The notes beneath the pieces were generated by a model. That model was not told the DNA's origin. It ran no database searches and saw nothing but the letters and a program-made list of their open reading frames with translations. Positions 32,365 through 43,899 of a stretch of DNA of 64,000 nucleotides are shown here, one piece after another (position 1 is the first letter of the stretch; each line of letters begins with the position of its first letter). The translations under genes and the position numbers were made by a program. Source of the stretch: Vulcanimicrobiota bacterium (GTDB taxonomy: Bacteria; Vulcanimicrobiota; Vulcanimicrobiia; Vulcanimicrobiales; Vulcanimicrobiaceae); NCBI GenBank assembly GCA_963820825.1, contig CAWGBN010000002.1, positions 347,949 to 411,948 on the forward strand, written 5' to 3'.

Positions 32365-33341
32365 TTAGCTGTTTCGATCAATTTCGTCAGTTCGGGAACG
32401 ATGCGAAAGGCATCGCCGACGACGAGCAGATCGGAGAACTCGGCAATCGGCGCGGCCGCGTCTTTATTGATCGCGACGATCGTGCCGGACGCGCGCATGC
32501 CGACCTTGTGTTGGATCGCACCCGAGATGCCGACCGCGATATAGAGATTCGGGCGTCACCGTCTTGCCGGTTTGTCCGATCTGAAGATTGTACGGCACCC
32601 ATCCGGCATCGGCCGCTGCGCGCGATGCGCCGACCGCTCCGCCAAGCGCACGCGCTAGAGGCTTCAGCAGCGTATCGAACGGTTCCGGCCCGCCAAGCCC
32701 GCGGCCGCCCGCAACGACGACCGGCGCTTCCTCGAGCGCGAGCTCGCCCGCGCCCTCTTCGACGTCGCGCTCGATCGCGCGCGACATAACTCTTGGCCGG
32801 CTTTTCGAGCGGTCACGATCTCCGCACCCGCGCCGCCCGGCGCGGCGGCAAAGGCGTTCGGGCGCACGGTCACGACGCCGTACTCGCCCGGGCGCAGCGC
32901 GCAGGTCGGTAATCACGGCGCCGCCCATCTTCGGCGAAACGCAGACGACTTCGCCGCCGTCGATCTGCGACGTCGACCACGTCGGCGACGATGCCGGCGC
33001 CCAGACGCGCCACGAGACGGCCGGCGACGTCGCGGCCGGAGAGCGTGTTGGGAATGAGCAGCAGCGACGGCCCGACGCGCTGCGCGGCGGCTTGCAGATA
33101 GTCGACGACCGGATCGAGCACGTAGGCGTCGACGTCGCCGATCGTCGTTGACGTAGATCGCGTCGAGCGGATAGCTTCGCAGCTGCTCGGCCAGCTCGCG
33201 CGGCGCCCGCGCCGAGGACGACGGCGTGGGCCTTGCCGCCGAAGCGCGTCGGCGAGACGCGCGCGCCTCGCTCGCGAGCTCGAAGGTGACTTTGCGCGTT
33301 GCGCCTTGGCGATGCTCGACGTAAACGATGACGTTTTTCAC
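32365..33341 (-). CDS. etfA: Electron transfer flavoprotein alpha subunit (frameshifted)
   Basis: [46 protein letters not shown]. 3' end approximate. Confidence 0.9.
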
Positions 33342-33343
33342 GG

Positions 33344-34144
33344 CTACACCAGCTTCTTCTCTTGAAGAAATTCGAAGATGGCCTGCGCGCCCGCGGCTCC
33401 GTCGGCGGCTTCGACCGTCGCTGCCCTTGCCGCGCGCCGGCGGCGGCGCGAACTGCACGCAGCTCGCGTCTTCGAGCCGCTCGCGTCCGACCGGGCGGTC
33501 GAGCGCGAGATCGGCCGAGCGTCGATCGTGGCAATCGTCTTTTTCTTCGCGCCCATGATGCCTTTGAGCGATGCGTAGCGCGGTTCGCCGAAGGTCAGCG
33601 CGGTCGTCAAGCAGCGCCGGCAGCGGCGCCCGCACGATTTGATAGCCGACATCGGTCTCGCGTTCGACTTCGAGCGCGCCGTCGGCGATTTCGACTTTGC
33701 GCGCGTTGGTGACGCAGGGCAGGCCCGAGATGCTCGGCGAGCGCGCCCGGCACCGCGCCGGTGCTGCTGTCGTCGGTGAGGCCGCCGACGATCGAGCAGA
33801 TCGAAGTCGAGCTTGCGCAACGCGCCGGCGCATCGCGTACGCGGTCGCCCAGACGTCGCTGCCTTCGAGTCCCGCGTCGGTGAGGATCACCGCATCGTCG
33901 GCGCCCATCGCCAGCGCTTTGCGCAGCGTCTCCTTGAGCGCTTCGGGCGCCATCGAAAAGACCGTCACGTCGCGCCTCGCCGCCGGCGCGTTCCTTTAAC
34001 TGAAGGGCCGCTTCGAGCGCGTACTCGTCGTAGGGATTGAGAACCGTCTCGACGCCGGTGCGCACCAGGCGTTTCGTTTGGCGGATCGATGCGCTTTTCG
34101 GCATTCGGATCCGGAACGAGTTTAACCGTCACCACGATCTTCAC
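33344..34144 (-). CDS. etfB: Electron transfer flavoprotein beta subunit (frameshifted)
   Basis: [52 protein letters not shown]. Confidence 0.9.
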
Positions 34145-34302
34145 GTGGTTACTAGCGACCTCCGTCGGAAGAGGGGATGGAGGAAAAGAACCGTGGGCAC
34201 TTTGGTGGTCCGCCCGCCGGACCTGCCGCCGCACTGAATCTGCCGTGGCGCAGCGAACGGCCGCAGAGTGCCGCGCTTGAGCACGGTCAGAACCCGATCG
34301 GG

Positions 34303-36204
34303 ATGCTTCGCTCCGATCCTTGCGCGCCGCCGCCGGCGCCCGCGGCGGCGACTAGCGCGTACGCCACCGCAGCGGCACGCCCGGCCACGCTGGTCGTCGA
34401 CGCCTCGCGTGCAGCGCGACGGAATGATGTACGTGCACGAGCGGATCCCGGTCGCCGCCCGGCAGCTTCACCCTCGTCTATCCGAAGTGGATTCCCGGCG
34501 AGCACGGCCCGACCGGGACCGCTCAACGATCTCGCCGCGATGCGCGTCTCCGCCGGCGGCGCGCCGCTGGACTGGCGTCGCGATGCGGATCGATCTCTAC
34601 GCCTTTCACGTCGACGTGCCGCGCCGGCGCTACCAGGCGCTCGACGTCGACTTCGACGTGCTGCTCAATGCGCCCGGCGACAACATGTCGTCGCATTCGC
34701 TCGCCGTTCTCAACTGGAATCGCGCGCTGCTCTATCAGGACGGGATCGACTCGCACCATTACTTCGTGAAGCCGTCGATCGTGCTCCCCACGGGATGGGA
34801 TTACGCGACCGCGCTGCGCGGCGCTGCGCGCGAGCGGGGAACCGCGTCGACTTCGCCGTGACGCCGCTCGAACATGCTGGTCGATTCGCCGCTCGATATG
34901 GGACGCTTCGTCAGGAAATGGGATCTATGGCGTGACGGCTCGGCCTTCGTGCAGCTCGACGCCTTCGCCGACTATCCGCAGAACCTCGACATCCCGGCGA
35001 AGCTGCTCGAGGCCTACCAGCGCGTACCGGCCGAGGCCTTCGCGATGTACGGCTCGCGTCATTTCGACGACTATCACGCGCTGCTCACGCTCAGCGACAC
35101 GATCGACTTTCAAGGCATCGAGCATCACCAATCGAGCGACGATCGCGCGCCGGACGACTTTCTGACCGATCCGCGCAGACTCGACTTTCCGACGGCGATC
35201 TGGTTACGCACGAGTTCTCGCACTCGTGGAACGGCAAGTACCGCCGCCCGGCAGATCTGACGACGCCGAACTTTCAAGTACCGCAGAAGACCGATCTGCT
35301 CTGGGTCTACGAGGGCATGAATCAGTATCTCGGCGACCTGCTCTCGTTTCGCGCCGGGCATTCGCGAGCCCAAGATCAGTTTCCGGAGTACATCGCCACG
35401 GTCTACGCCGACATGGATTACGAGACGGGGCGCGCGACGACGCCGCTGATCGATCTGACGACCGGAGCGCCGTATTATCTATTTTGCGCGCGGCATCTAC
35501 GCGCACATTCGCCGCAGCTCCGGCGACTTCTACACCGAAGGCGAGCTGCTCTGGCTCGACGTCGACACGATCATTCGCGAACGCTCGCACGGCGCGCGTT
35601 CGCTCGATACCTTCCTCCATCGCTTCACCGAGCCGTCGACGACCGGGCCGATCGTCGAGACGTACACGCGCGACGCAGGTCGAGAGTCTGCTCAACGACG
35701 TCGAGCCGTACGACTGGCACGCGTTCTTCGAGAAATACGTCTACCACGTCGACGCGCATCCGCCGACCGACGAACTCGCGCGCGCCGGTTGGCGGCTCGT
35801 CTATACGATCAAGCCGAACGCGTTCGTCTCTTCGCAGCGAGGCCGACGAACGATCGGTCGTCGGATGGTATTCCTACGGTGCGAACTCACCGACGAGGGC
35901 ATCGTGACGAGACGTGCGGGAGAACTCGCCGGCGTGGAAGCGCCGGACTCGCGCCCGACATGCGCGTCCTCGCCGTCAACGGCCAGCAGTTCTCCCCGAG
36001 GTGCTCGAATACGCCGTGAAGCGCGCGCAGCACTCGGCCGGCGCCGATCGTCGCTGATCGTCACGCAGACGGGCTGGTATCAGACGCTCTCGCTCGACTA
36101 TCACGACGGCATTCGCTATCCGCATCTCGAACGCATCGCCGGCACGCCCGGATATGCTCGCCCTCATCGCCGCACCACACGCCAAACGGGACGGGAGCGA
36201 GTAG
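34303..36204 (+). CDS. M61 family (glycyl) aminopeptidase with C-terminal PDZ (frameshifted)
   Basis: LVYPKWIPGEH, LVDSP, GIEHHQSS, HEFSHSWNGKYRRP, LWVYEG, YPHLERI across frames. Confidence 0.85.
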
Positions 36205-36244
36205 GCAAGCGCCGAACGATTCGATCACCAAGGAGGTACTCAAG

Positions 36245-36682
36245 ATGTTTCGTTCACGCGTTTGTTAACGGCTCTCCTGTGTGCGGCGCTCACGCGCGTC
36301 GGGCAGCCGCAACGACTCCTACGATGGTCACTCCGGAGACCGCCAAGTGGGCACCCGGTGCCGGAATTCAAAGGATGGGAGATGGCCGTCGTCGTCGGCG
36401 ATCCCAGCAAGGCCGGCGCGTACTACGCCTATTTCTTGAAAGTCCCCGACGGCGGAAAAGCCATGCCGCACTCACACGGCATGACCGAAAACGTCGTCGT
36501 GATTAGCGGTTCCGGAATGGTCGGATTCGGCGACACGATGAATACGGCGAAGATGATGTCGGTCGGCGCGGGCAGCGTCGTCTCGGTTCCGGCCGGCGTG
36601 CATCACTACGCGATGACCAAAGGGAATGGTGATCGAGATTAGCGGCATCGGCCCCGATACAACAACGATGCTCCACAAATAA
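36245..36682 (+). CDS. Secreted cupin-domain protein (frameshifted)
   Basis: GGAGG RBS; VVGDPSKAG, PHSHGMTE, VPAGVHHYA. Confidence 0.75.
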
Positions 36683-36749
36683 ATCACGTCGCGCGCGCCC
36701 GAATGCTGCCGCCGTACTGCTGCTCGTCGGTTGCGTCGCCGCCTGCACC

Positions 36750-37739
36750 GTGCACGCGCTCGTGCCCCTCGCCGGGAGGCGCTGCGGTGTTTCCCCGCCC
36801 TTCAACGCGCACGCGATCATCGGCTTCAGCGTCGACACGCCCAAGCGCGCGGCGACCGCGGCCGAGCAAGGAATCGACACGACGATTCTCTATGGCGGCT
36901 CGCCGGCGCCGGGCAGCGCGTTGGAAAAGGCGCTTACGTGCACACGGCATCTCAGTCGTCGATGCCGGCATATCGGAAGTGCTCTTCTTTTGGGAGTGCC
37001 ATCGCACGCATACCGTCAAGCTCCGCCTCCGAAGAGCTATGGCTACGATCCATACTGCCGCACCGACGAGGATCCACACGTAAACTCGGAGACGGTCGCC
37101 TTGCGCTACGTCGACGCCATTCTCGAACGCGACGCAAACCGTCCGTACGTCGTCGGCCATTGGGTGCTTGACGACTGGGCCTGGTGGGATCCGGGAAGCG
37201 CCCACGAGCTGTTGCAGCGCGTTCACGCTCTGATCGTCGCGAAGACGCCCGGGTTACCGGCAATCTGCGGCTTTGGCGCCGGCGTCACCCGGCCCGGAAA
37301 GGTTCATTGGGATTCCGGCACGGCGGCAAACTACTCGAATGGCGGCTGCGATATCGTCGGCTGGTACAACTATTCGCCGTTCGGTAACCGCCATCGCAAC
37401 AATGGAAAGCGGCTCGACTGGAGCATGAAGGCCTTGCTGCCCGCGATGCAGCGCAGTCTCGCGCGCAAAGGCTGGAGGATCGCTCATACTCCCCTCTACG
37501 GCATCGGTCAGGCCTGGGCCGGTTCGTACGGTCGCAAATACTATCAGCCCGGATTGACGCGCGACGAGATGCTCGCACAGGCAAAAGCCTTCTGCGATTT
37601 CGGAGCGAGCTACATCGGCTGGTACGCGTGGGACGATAGCGGCTTCGAATCGCGAACGAAGACGCCGAACGATTCCCCGGCCATTAGCGCGGGGATCGCT
37701 CTCGGCATCAAAGCCTGTCAGCGAGTCTGGAACTCGTAG
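36750..37739 (+). CDS. Hypothetical exported protein, possible glycoside-hydrolase-like TIM barrel
   Basis: VVGHWVLDDW, DIVGWYNY, IGWYAW. A frame disturbance near 36940 is likely and the start is uncertain. Confidence 0.55.
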   Translation: MHALVPLAGRRCGVSPPFNAHAIIGFSVDTPKRAATAAEQGIDTTILYGGSPAPGSALEKALTCTRHLSRRCRHIGSALLLGVPSHAYRQAPPPKSYGYDPYCRTDEDPHVNSETVALRYVDAILERDANRPYVVGHWVLDDWAWWDPGSAHELLQRVHALIVAKTPGLPAICGFGAGVTRPGKVHWDSGTAANYSNGGCDIVGWYNYSPFGNRHRNNGKRLDWSMKALLPAMQRSLARKGWRIAHTPLYGIGQAWAGSYGRKYYQPGLTRDEMLAQAKAFCDFGASYIGWYAWDDSGFESRTKTPNDSPAISAGIALGIKACQRVWNS

Positions 37740-38623
37740 AGCCGCGCGGCGCCGCGCACGCCGCTCGAGTCGCCGTGCAGCGCCGGTAGGATCGTTACGC
37801 CAGCCTGATTCGAGAAGACGTAGCGCTGCATGAGGCGCGGAACGTTGGCGAAGAGCCGCGCGACGTTCGAAAGGCCGCCGCCTACGACGAAAACGTCGGG
37901 GTCGAGGATATTGGCAACGTGCGCGAGACCGCGTGCGAGACGATCCTCATACGCGGCGAGCGCGGCGGCGGCGCGCGGGTCACCGCAGCCGGCAGCCTCG
38001 GCGATTTCGCGCGCGGTGATGGCACGGCCGGCCATGCGTTCGAACTCCATCGCAAGCGCCGGTCCGCAGAGAAACGCTTCGATGCAGCCGCGTTTTCCGC
38101 AATAGCACACGGGGCCCGGAGCCTCGTCCGCCGTCATCCATGGCAGCGGGTTATGCCCCCACTCGCCGGCGATGCGGTTTCTCCCATCGACGATGCGGCG
38201 GTCCACCGCGATCCCGCCGCCGACGCCGGTTCCGAGAATAACGGCAAAGACGACGCGCGCGCCGGCCCCCGCACCGTCGATCGCCTCGGATAGCGCCAGA
38301 CAGTTCGCGTCGTTTGCCATCCGAATCTCGCGACCGAGCCGCTGCGCGATGTCGCGCGCGAGCGGCTTGCCGTTGAGCACGACGCTGTTGGAGTTCTGCA
38401 GCAAACCGGTCGCCGGATGAATCGCCCCCGGCGTTCCGATGCCGATGGTCGCGCTGCGCCCTGACTCGGTCTCCACGTCGAATACGAGCTTTGCAATGGC
38501 AGAGATCGTTGCTTCGTAATCGCCGGCCGGCGTCGGAATTCGCCGCCGAACGAGCTGCGAGCCGTCGCCGGCAAGGGCGACGATCTCGATCTTCGTCCCG
38601 CCCAGATCGATTCCGATTCTCAC
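37718..38623 (-). CDS. ROK family sugar kinase (Mak/fructokinase-like)
   Basis: GIDLGGTKIE, ANDANC, ILGTGVGGG, GEWGH, CYCGKRGCIE, HGDSSGVRGAA. Confidence 0.92.
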   Translation of the reverse strand: MRIGIDLGGTKIEIVALAGDGSQLVRRRIPTPAGDYEATISAIAKLVFDVETESGRSATIGIGTPGAIHPATGLLQNSNSVVLNGKPLARDIAQRLGREIRMANDANCLALSEAIDGAGAGARVVFAVILGTGVGGGIAVDRRIVDGRNRIAGEWGHNPLPWMTADEAPGPVCYCGKRGCIEAFLCGPALAMEFERMAGRAITAREIAEAAGCGDPRAAAALAAYEDRLARGLAHVANILDPDVFVVGGGLSNVARLFANVPRLMQRYVFSNQAGVTILPALHGDSSGVRGAARLYEFQTR

Positions 38624-38635
38624 GGATCGGCCCAG

Positions 38636-40576
38636 CTACGGCGCCGGCATGGTTGCGTGCAAATCGTAACCGTCGACGCTCCCGTCGAGCACTGCTATCG
38701 CCGAGCTCCCCAGCGCCGGCCAGGTAACGTCGATCGTCCCGGTCGAGGCGCCCGCAAGGGTCAGGTGCGCGCTCGCGCGCGCGCGGCGAGCATCGAAGTG
38801 CGCGCTGCCGGAGACGGCGAGATCCTTCGTCCAGCGAACGCCGTCGAGCGTCACGTGGTCTCGCGCGTTTGCCGGCGCCGCCGAGTAGCTTCCGCCGCGT
38901 AAGCCCGACCCGGAAGTAAGACCGAACTCATAAGAACGCGCGAGCACGTCGGCCGCGGCGAGTACGGCGCCGGCTGCCGCGCGTCGCTCTTTCACCGGCG
39001 CGGTATTGCCGGAGAGCGGCGTTGCCGGGGAGACCTCTTCAACCGTTGCCGAGAATGACGGTACGAGATGCATCGCGGGAACTTGCGAGGCACACTGCGC
39101 GTCGACGACTTTCGATTGAGTAAATCGGCGGACGATATTCGCGGCACATCCGCCGAAGTCGTCGAGTGCCGTCACGTGCCCGGTGTTAGCGACGATCACG
39201 TGCGAAGACCGAGGAAAGAGCCGCGCGGCCTTTCCGCCCTCCTCCGGCGTGGTGATCGTATCCAGGTCGCCGTTGAGCACGAGCACCGGCACGCTGGGAA
39301 AGCGCGTGTCGGGCGGCACGGGCCGCCCCGCCGGATGTTGCGGCGAGGCGACGGGCCACGTTTGACAGAGTGGAACGTATACGTAGTCAAGCGGGATGCC
39401 GAGATATTCGTCGATCGTAAACGGCGCGAAGAGTCGCGGATTCTCGGCGCGCTTTCGCTCCAAGGTGTCGTGCCACGCGAGCCGGCGCTGCTGCGGCGGC
39501 AGACGCATGTCGTAGGCTTGCGGGTTGTCCGCACAGCTCGCGGCGACGAAGAGTCCCTGGCTATAGAATCGTGCACGACCGCTTACGCCCTCTTCTTCCG
39601 CGTAGGCCTCATCCACGAGCCGCTTTAGCGGCATGGCGTCCTGCGCGCCGAGGTACGCGCGCGCCGCGGCGTCTAAGTCGCGATACGATAGCGGATCGAG
39701 GCCGGCCGAGTCCATCACGAACGCCACGTCGGACGGGGTAATACGGCCGCGTTCGGCTCGCAGTCTCTCGACCAATCGCTCGATACGGTCGAGTGACGAG
39801 CCGTGCAGCTGCGCGCAGACCGGCGAGCGCGTGCAAACGTTGTCGAATGCGTCGCGCAGCGTCGGTGCCGTGCTCGGGTACCACGGATCGCCGCCGATCA
39901 CTTGATACGCGCCGTCGAGCACGATCGAACGGACGAGCTTGGGATGGCGGCCGGCAAAGGCTTGCACGAAGAACGAGCCGTACGAATCGCCGTAGATATC
40001 CACAACGCGAATATTCATGGCCGAGAGCACGGCCGCCATATCGTCGGCGGCGAGACCCGTTCCGTAGAGGTCCGACGTTTTGCCGAGGTGCTGACCGCAG
40101 CGCGTCGCTTGCCACAGTTTCATCAGCGGCGCTCGCTGCAGCGCATCGCAGACGATCGCACCCGAGCGGCCGGTGCCGCGATTATCGACCATCAGCAGAT
40201 CGCGCGTCTGGAGCAGCGGTGCGTACAGTCCGCGGTAGACCGAACGCGAACCGATCGACGGATAGCCGGGACCACCCTCCACCGCAACGATCGTGCCGGC
40301 CGAGCGTGCCGCACGGTTGGCATGCGGCAACCAGGCGAACGCAATGTCGATCTTGCCGGGAACGCGCCCGCTTGGATCGAGCGCGACGCGCAGTGTGCCG
40401 CAGTAATAATCGCCTCCGAGACACTGGCGCAGCTGGACCGAACCAACGCGCCGTGCGCTTTCGCCGTTTGTCGAGGTGGCGACGCGGGACGAAGGCGCAA
40501 GCCGGAACGCGGTGCAGCCGGCAAGTATCGCCGGTGCCAGTAAGACGAGGATCTTTAACGTGCGCACGGCAGCCAT
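38636..40576 (-). CDS. Secreted alpha/beta hydrolase (TAP-like peptidase)
   Basis: Lipobox LAGC, EGGPG, DNRGTG, GDSYG nucleophile, GDLDTITT, GH. Confidence 0.87.
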   Translation of the reverse strand: MAAVRTLKILVLLAPAILAGCTAFRLAPSSRVATSTNGESARRVGSVQLRQCLGGDYYCGTLRVALDPSGRVPGKIDIAFAWLPHANRAARSAGTIVAVEGGPGYPSIGSRSVYRGLYAPLLQTRDLLMVDNRGTGRSGAIVCDALQRAPLMKLWQATRCGQHLGKTSDLYGTGLAADDMAAVLSAMNIRVVDIYGDSYGSFFVQAFAGRHPKLVRSIVLDGAYQVIGGDPWYPSTAPTLRDAFDNVCTRSPVCAQLHGSSLDRIERLVERLRAERGRITPSDVAFVMDSAGLDPLSYRDLDAAARAYLGAQDAMPLKRLVDEAYAEEEGVSGRARFYSQGLFVAASCADNPQAYDMRLPPQQRRLAWHDTLERKRAENPRLFAPFTIDEYLGIPLDYVYVPLCQTWPVASPQHPAGRPVPPDTRFPSVPVLVLNGDLDTITTPEEGGKAARLFPRSSHVIVANTGHVTALDDFGGCAANIVRRFTQSKVVDAQCASQVPAMHLVPSFSATVEEVSPATPLSGNTAPVKERRAAAGAVLAAADVLARSYEFGLTSGSGLRGGSYSAAPANARDHVTLDGVRWTKDLAVSGSAHFDARRARASAHLTLAGASTGTIDVTWPALGSSAIAVLDGSVDGYDLHATMPAP

Positions 40577-40673
40577 CTTCGCGCCGAATCGTCCGACGCT
40601 TGCTTATGCGGGGAAATCGCGAATCGGCCGCTGAAACTGCCGCACTCTCTCTGCTGCTGAGGAGGTCCCGTTC

Positions 40674-42497
40674 ATGCGTCTTACTCTTCGCTCATTCTTA
40701 GCAGTCGCCGCAGCGCTCGTTGCGGCGGCGAGCCTGACCGCGTGTGCCGGTCATAACGGAGTTACGCCGGGAATGCCCGGCTCCGCGACACAGAATGCTC
40801 AAGCAAGCGGACCGCTTTCGATGGAACGCGCCACGCAGCGCATTCGCGCCATGATGAAAGGCGGCCCCGGCGCGACGATGCCTGCACACGGCGGCGCCGG
40901 ATATCCGGTCGCGGCGACGCCGCGCGTCAGAGTTCCGGCCGAGGCGCCGTGCGTTGACGTGCTTTTCACGCCGCATACGCCGCCGCTCAACCCTAGTGGG
41001 CTGCCGGTCGGCGATTTCGCCGACTATTCGGATCACCCGTTCAACTACACGCCGCCGGCGAACTGTCCCGGGCCCTACGCCAAAATCGTGCTGAGAGTTC
41101 ACTTCAGCGTCACGGCGGGCGTGCAGTACGATCGCACCGGCGCGATCTGGGTCGGCGCCACCAACATCTTCTTCGGCACGACCGCCGAGCCGGGTGAGAA
41201 TGCCAGCCCGCAGTGGGAGATCCAGCGCGACGTCAGCGAGTACGCGCCGATCTTCGCACAGCCCTCGGTCGGTCAGGCCTCGGTCTATAACATCGTAAAC
41301 TCGCAGTATACCGGCATCATCCACGGCACGGCCGAGCTCGACTTCTATCCGGCGACTTCGCAGTTCCCGGCAGCGCACGCCGCCGATGCCGTCTACCCGC
41401 TCTCCGGCGGCGCGGACGGCGGCTACGTCTATCTCGACAACCCGAGCTCGCAGATGACCGGTACCTTCACCTTTCCAACCAACGTCGAAGCGGCCTATCT
41501 CGACGTCTTCCTCGAGTCGCAATCGAGCGACGAGTTCTGGTACACGTGCTTCCCGAACGATCTCGCGGGAGAGTTCTACAACTGCGGCAACACGGGCTTT
41601 CGCGAAGGCGAGGTACTCGTCGACAACCAGCCCGCCGGCGTCGTTCCCGTCTATCCCTGGATCTACAGCGGCGGCATCGACCCGTATCTCTGGGTACCGA
41701 TTCCGGGCGTCGAGACGCTGAACTTCGTGCCGTATCGCGTCGACCTCACGCCATTTGCGGCGCAGCTCGACGACGGCAACCCGCATACGATCGCGGTCTC
41801 CGTCTACAACGATGACAACTACTTTGCAACCAACGCCGCGCTGCTCGTCTACCAAGACCACGGCTCGTCGCACGTAACCGGCGCGCTCGTCAGCGACGGC
41901 ACGCCGAGCGCGCCCAATGAGAGCGTCACCGAGCACGTGAAGGGCCTTCCGTCGGGCGGCGCGCGCGGTACGATCGACGTAACCGCCACCCACCCGGTCC
42001 ATCTCGACGGTTACGTGATGACGTCACACGGGCGCGTCGATACGCACGTGTCGCAGAGCATCAAGTTCTCCAACGTTCAGAAGATCGATCTTACGTCGAA
42101 TCAGTTCCTACAGGACATAACTCAAGATACGACGGTCGTATCGAAGACGACGACCACCGCCAAGGGCCATAGCACCGCCTCGCTCGAGGAGCGGAACTGG
42201 CCGCTGACGGTCAACTACAATTACGTCGCCGGCGCGAGTAGCGCGAAGCAGACTGCCGACATCGTTCAAGTAAAGAACGAAAGCGGTACGGAGCCCAGCG
42301 AGCATGGGCTGCTGCCGTGGGCCCTGCTCAACAGAATCCACTCGTCGGATACGCTCACCTTCACCGCTTACGGCTTCACGCCGTCGAACGGCAAGAGCGC
42401 TCAGGAGTACAAGACGCGCAACATCCAAGGCCCCTGCTACCACCGGAACCTCACCTCGCTCGAGTACGTACTCACCGGGGATGCGAGGAAATGCTAG
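40674..42497 (+). CDS. Peptide-N-glycosidase A (PNGase A) family lipoprotein
   Basis: Lipobox LTAC; GVQYDRTG, DEFWY, FREGEV, YPWIYSGGIDPYLW.PI, VDLTPF. Confidence 0.85.
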   Translation: MRLTLRSFLAVAAALVAAASLTACAGHNGVTPGMPGSATQNAQASGPLSMERATQRIRAMMKGGPGATMPAHGGAGYPVAATPRVRVPAEAPCVDVLFTPHTPPLNPSGLPVGDFADYSDHPFNYTPPANCPGPYAKIVLRVHFSVTAGVQYDRTGAIWVGATNIFFGTTAEPGENASPQWEIQRDVSEYAPIFAQPSVGQASVYNIVNSQYTGIIHGTAELDFYPATSQFPAAHAADAVYPLSGGADGGYVYLDNPSSQMTGTFTFPTNVEAAYLDVFLESQSSDEFWYTCFPNDLAGEFYNCGNTGFREGEVLVDNQPAGVVPVYPWIYSGGIDPYLWVPIPGVETLNFVPYRVDLTPFAAQLDDGNPHTIAVSVYNDDNYFATNAALLVYQDHGSSHVTGALVSDGTPSAPNESVTEHVKGLPSGGARGTIDVTATHPVHLDGYVMTSHGRVDTHVSQSIKFSNVQKIDLTSNQFLQDITQDTTVVSKTTTTAKGHSTASLEERNWPLTVNYNYVAGASSAKQTADIVQVKNESGTEPSEHGLLPWALLNRIHSSDTLTFTAYGFTPSNGKSAQEYKTRNIQGPCYHRNLTSLEYVLTGDARKC

Positions 42498-42520
42498 CCG
42501 GATAGACCCAAACCGCAAAG

Positions 42521-42560
42521 GCAAAACGCGGTCTCGCCGGGCGAGGCCGCGTTTGCTTTT
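42521..42560 (+). terminator. Intrinsic terminator
   Basis: GCAAAACGCGGTCTCGC-CGG-GCGAGGCCGCGTTTGC followed by TTTT. Confidence 0.75.
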
Positions 42561-42666
42561 CTTCCCGCACAGTTTCCCGTACACCGTCGCTTCTTCAGAC
42601 TTTCTTCATCCCTGCGCGTGACAGTCTAGGTCTCGTCTCTTACCGAGCTACATTTGAGGTAATCCG

Positions 42667-43803
42667 ATGAACATACGCATGCATCAGAACGTCATGGTCG
42701 GTGCGGCACTTGCGTCGTTGGCGGTTGCCGGTTGCAACGGAGGTCAAAACTCCGTTTCGCCTTCGTTACCGGCAACGACGGCGCAGAGCCAAGTCCGCAA
42801 TCAGAGCGGCACACCGGCAGGCGGGGGGATCCTCGGCCAACTCAGGCACCAGGTCGTCATCGGATCGACGATCGATCCGGTTTACGGCCAACTCAATCCA
42901 TACGGTCTCGACGTCGCCAAGACGACCAACGGCGCTTTTAGCAAAGGCGACCTCGCCGTCTGTAACTTCAACGACAACACCAATACCCAGGGAACCGGGT
43001 ATACCGTCGTCGCGCTCCATCCAAAACCCGGATCGGCACCGTTGCTCGTAACCGCCGATCCGACAAACCTGGTTGGTTGCAACGCGCTGGCCCTTACGCA
43101 TAACGATACCATCTGGGCCGCCGCCTTTGCTTCGAACGACAATCCCTGGTACACGTCGGCCGGAGCGTTTATCGCCACCTACTCCGGTTCGCCGTTCAAT
43201 CATCCGTTCGGACAGATCTGGGCACACCCCAGGCAAGGACCGGAGGCAATTTACGAGAGCAACGCGGGCGATGGATCGATCGTGCGGATCAATCTGCACA
43301 CCGGGAGCACCGAAGTCATCGCAACGGGCTTTCCGATCAACGGCGGACCGCCTGGAAGTATTCTAGGGCCCTCTGGACTCCAATACGAAGCGAACAAAGA
43401 TACGCTCTTTGTCGTTGATGGACAGAATAACTCCGTCACGACCATCTCACACGTTACCAGCCTTCATGCCGGATGCCTTACCGTGCTGGCAAAGGGCAAA
43501 CAGTTCGGCGGGCGCTGCAAGTCGCGCGCGCGGGTCCTCTTCTCCGGGCCGCCCCTAAACGGGCCAATTAGCTCGGCCCTGCTCTTCAACGGCAGCATCG
43601 TCATCGGCAACACCCTCGATCCGGACGGCGAGAACCTGATGGTCGAGATCAATCCGGGCGGGCACGTTATGCAGGTGCGCAACGTCGACACGGGCCCCGC
43701 GGGTTCGCTCTTCGGCATGGTCGCAACGGGAAACAATGCCGCCAATACCAAGCTCTACTTCAACGACGACAACAACAACAATCTCCAGGTGCTCGAGCGG
43801 TAG
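42667..43803 (+). CDS. Lipoprotein, probable beta-propeller
   Basis: Lipobox VAGC; NPYGL, VCNFND, GPSGL, LYFNDDN. Confidence 0.8.
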   Translation: MNIRMHQNVMVGAALASLAVAGCNGGQNSVSPSLPATTAQSQVRNQSGTPAGGGILGQLRHQVVIGSTIDPVYGQLNPYGLDVAKTTNGAFSKGDLAVCNFNDNTNTQGTGYTVVALHPKPGSAPLLVTADPTNLVGCNALALTHNDTIWAAAFASNDNPWYTSAGAFIATYSGSPFNHPFGQIWAHPRQGPEAIYESNAGDGSIVRINLHTGSTEVIATGFPINGGPPGSILGPSGLQYEANKDTLFVVDGQNNSVTTISHVTSLHAGCLTVLAKGKQFGGRCKSRARVLFSGPPLNGPISSALLFNGSIVIGNTLDPDGENLMVEINPGGHVMQVRNVDTGPAGSLFGMVATGNNAANTKLYFNDDNNNNLQVLER

Positions 43804-43899
43804 CCCGATGCAACGGTAGGGTGCCGCCACGATGCGCGCGAAGGAGCCCCTCCGTTAGGCCCGGTCTACCCCGGGCCCCCTGCGCGTTGGGAGGTACTT

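Noticed and set aside
24200..36950. Programmed frameshifting or phase variation
   Set aside because: Indels are numerous, scattered, and not at consistent slippery sites or repeat tracts.
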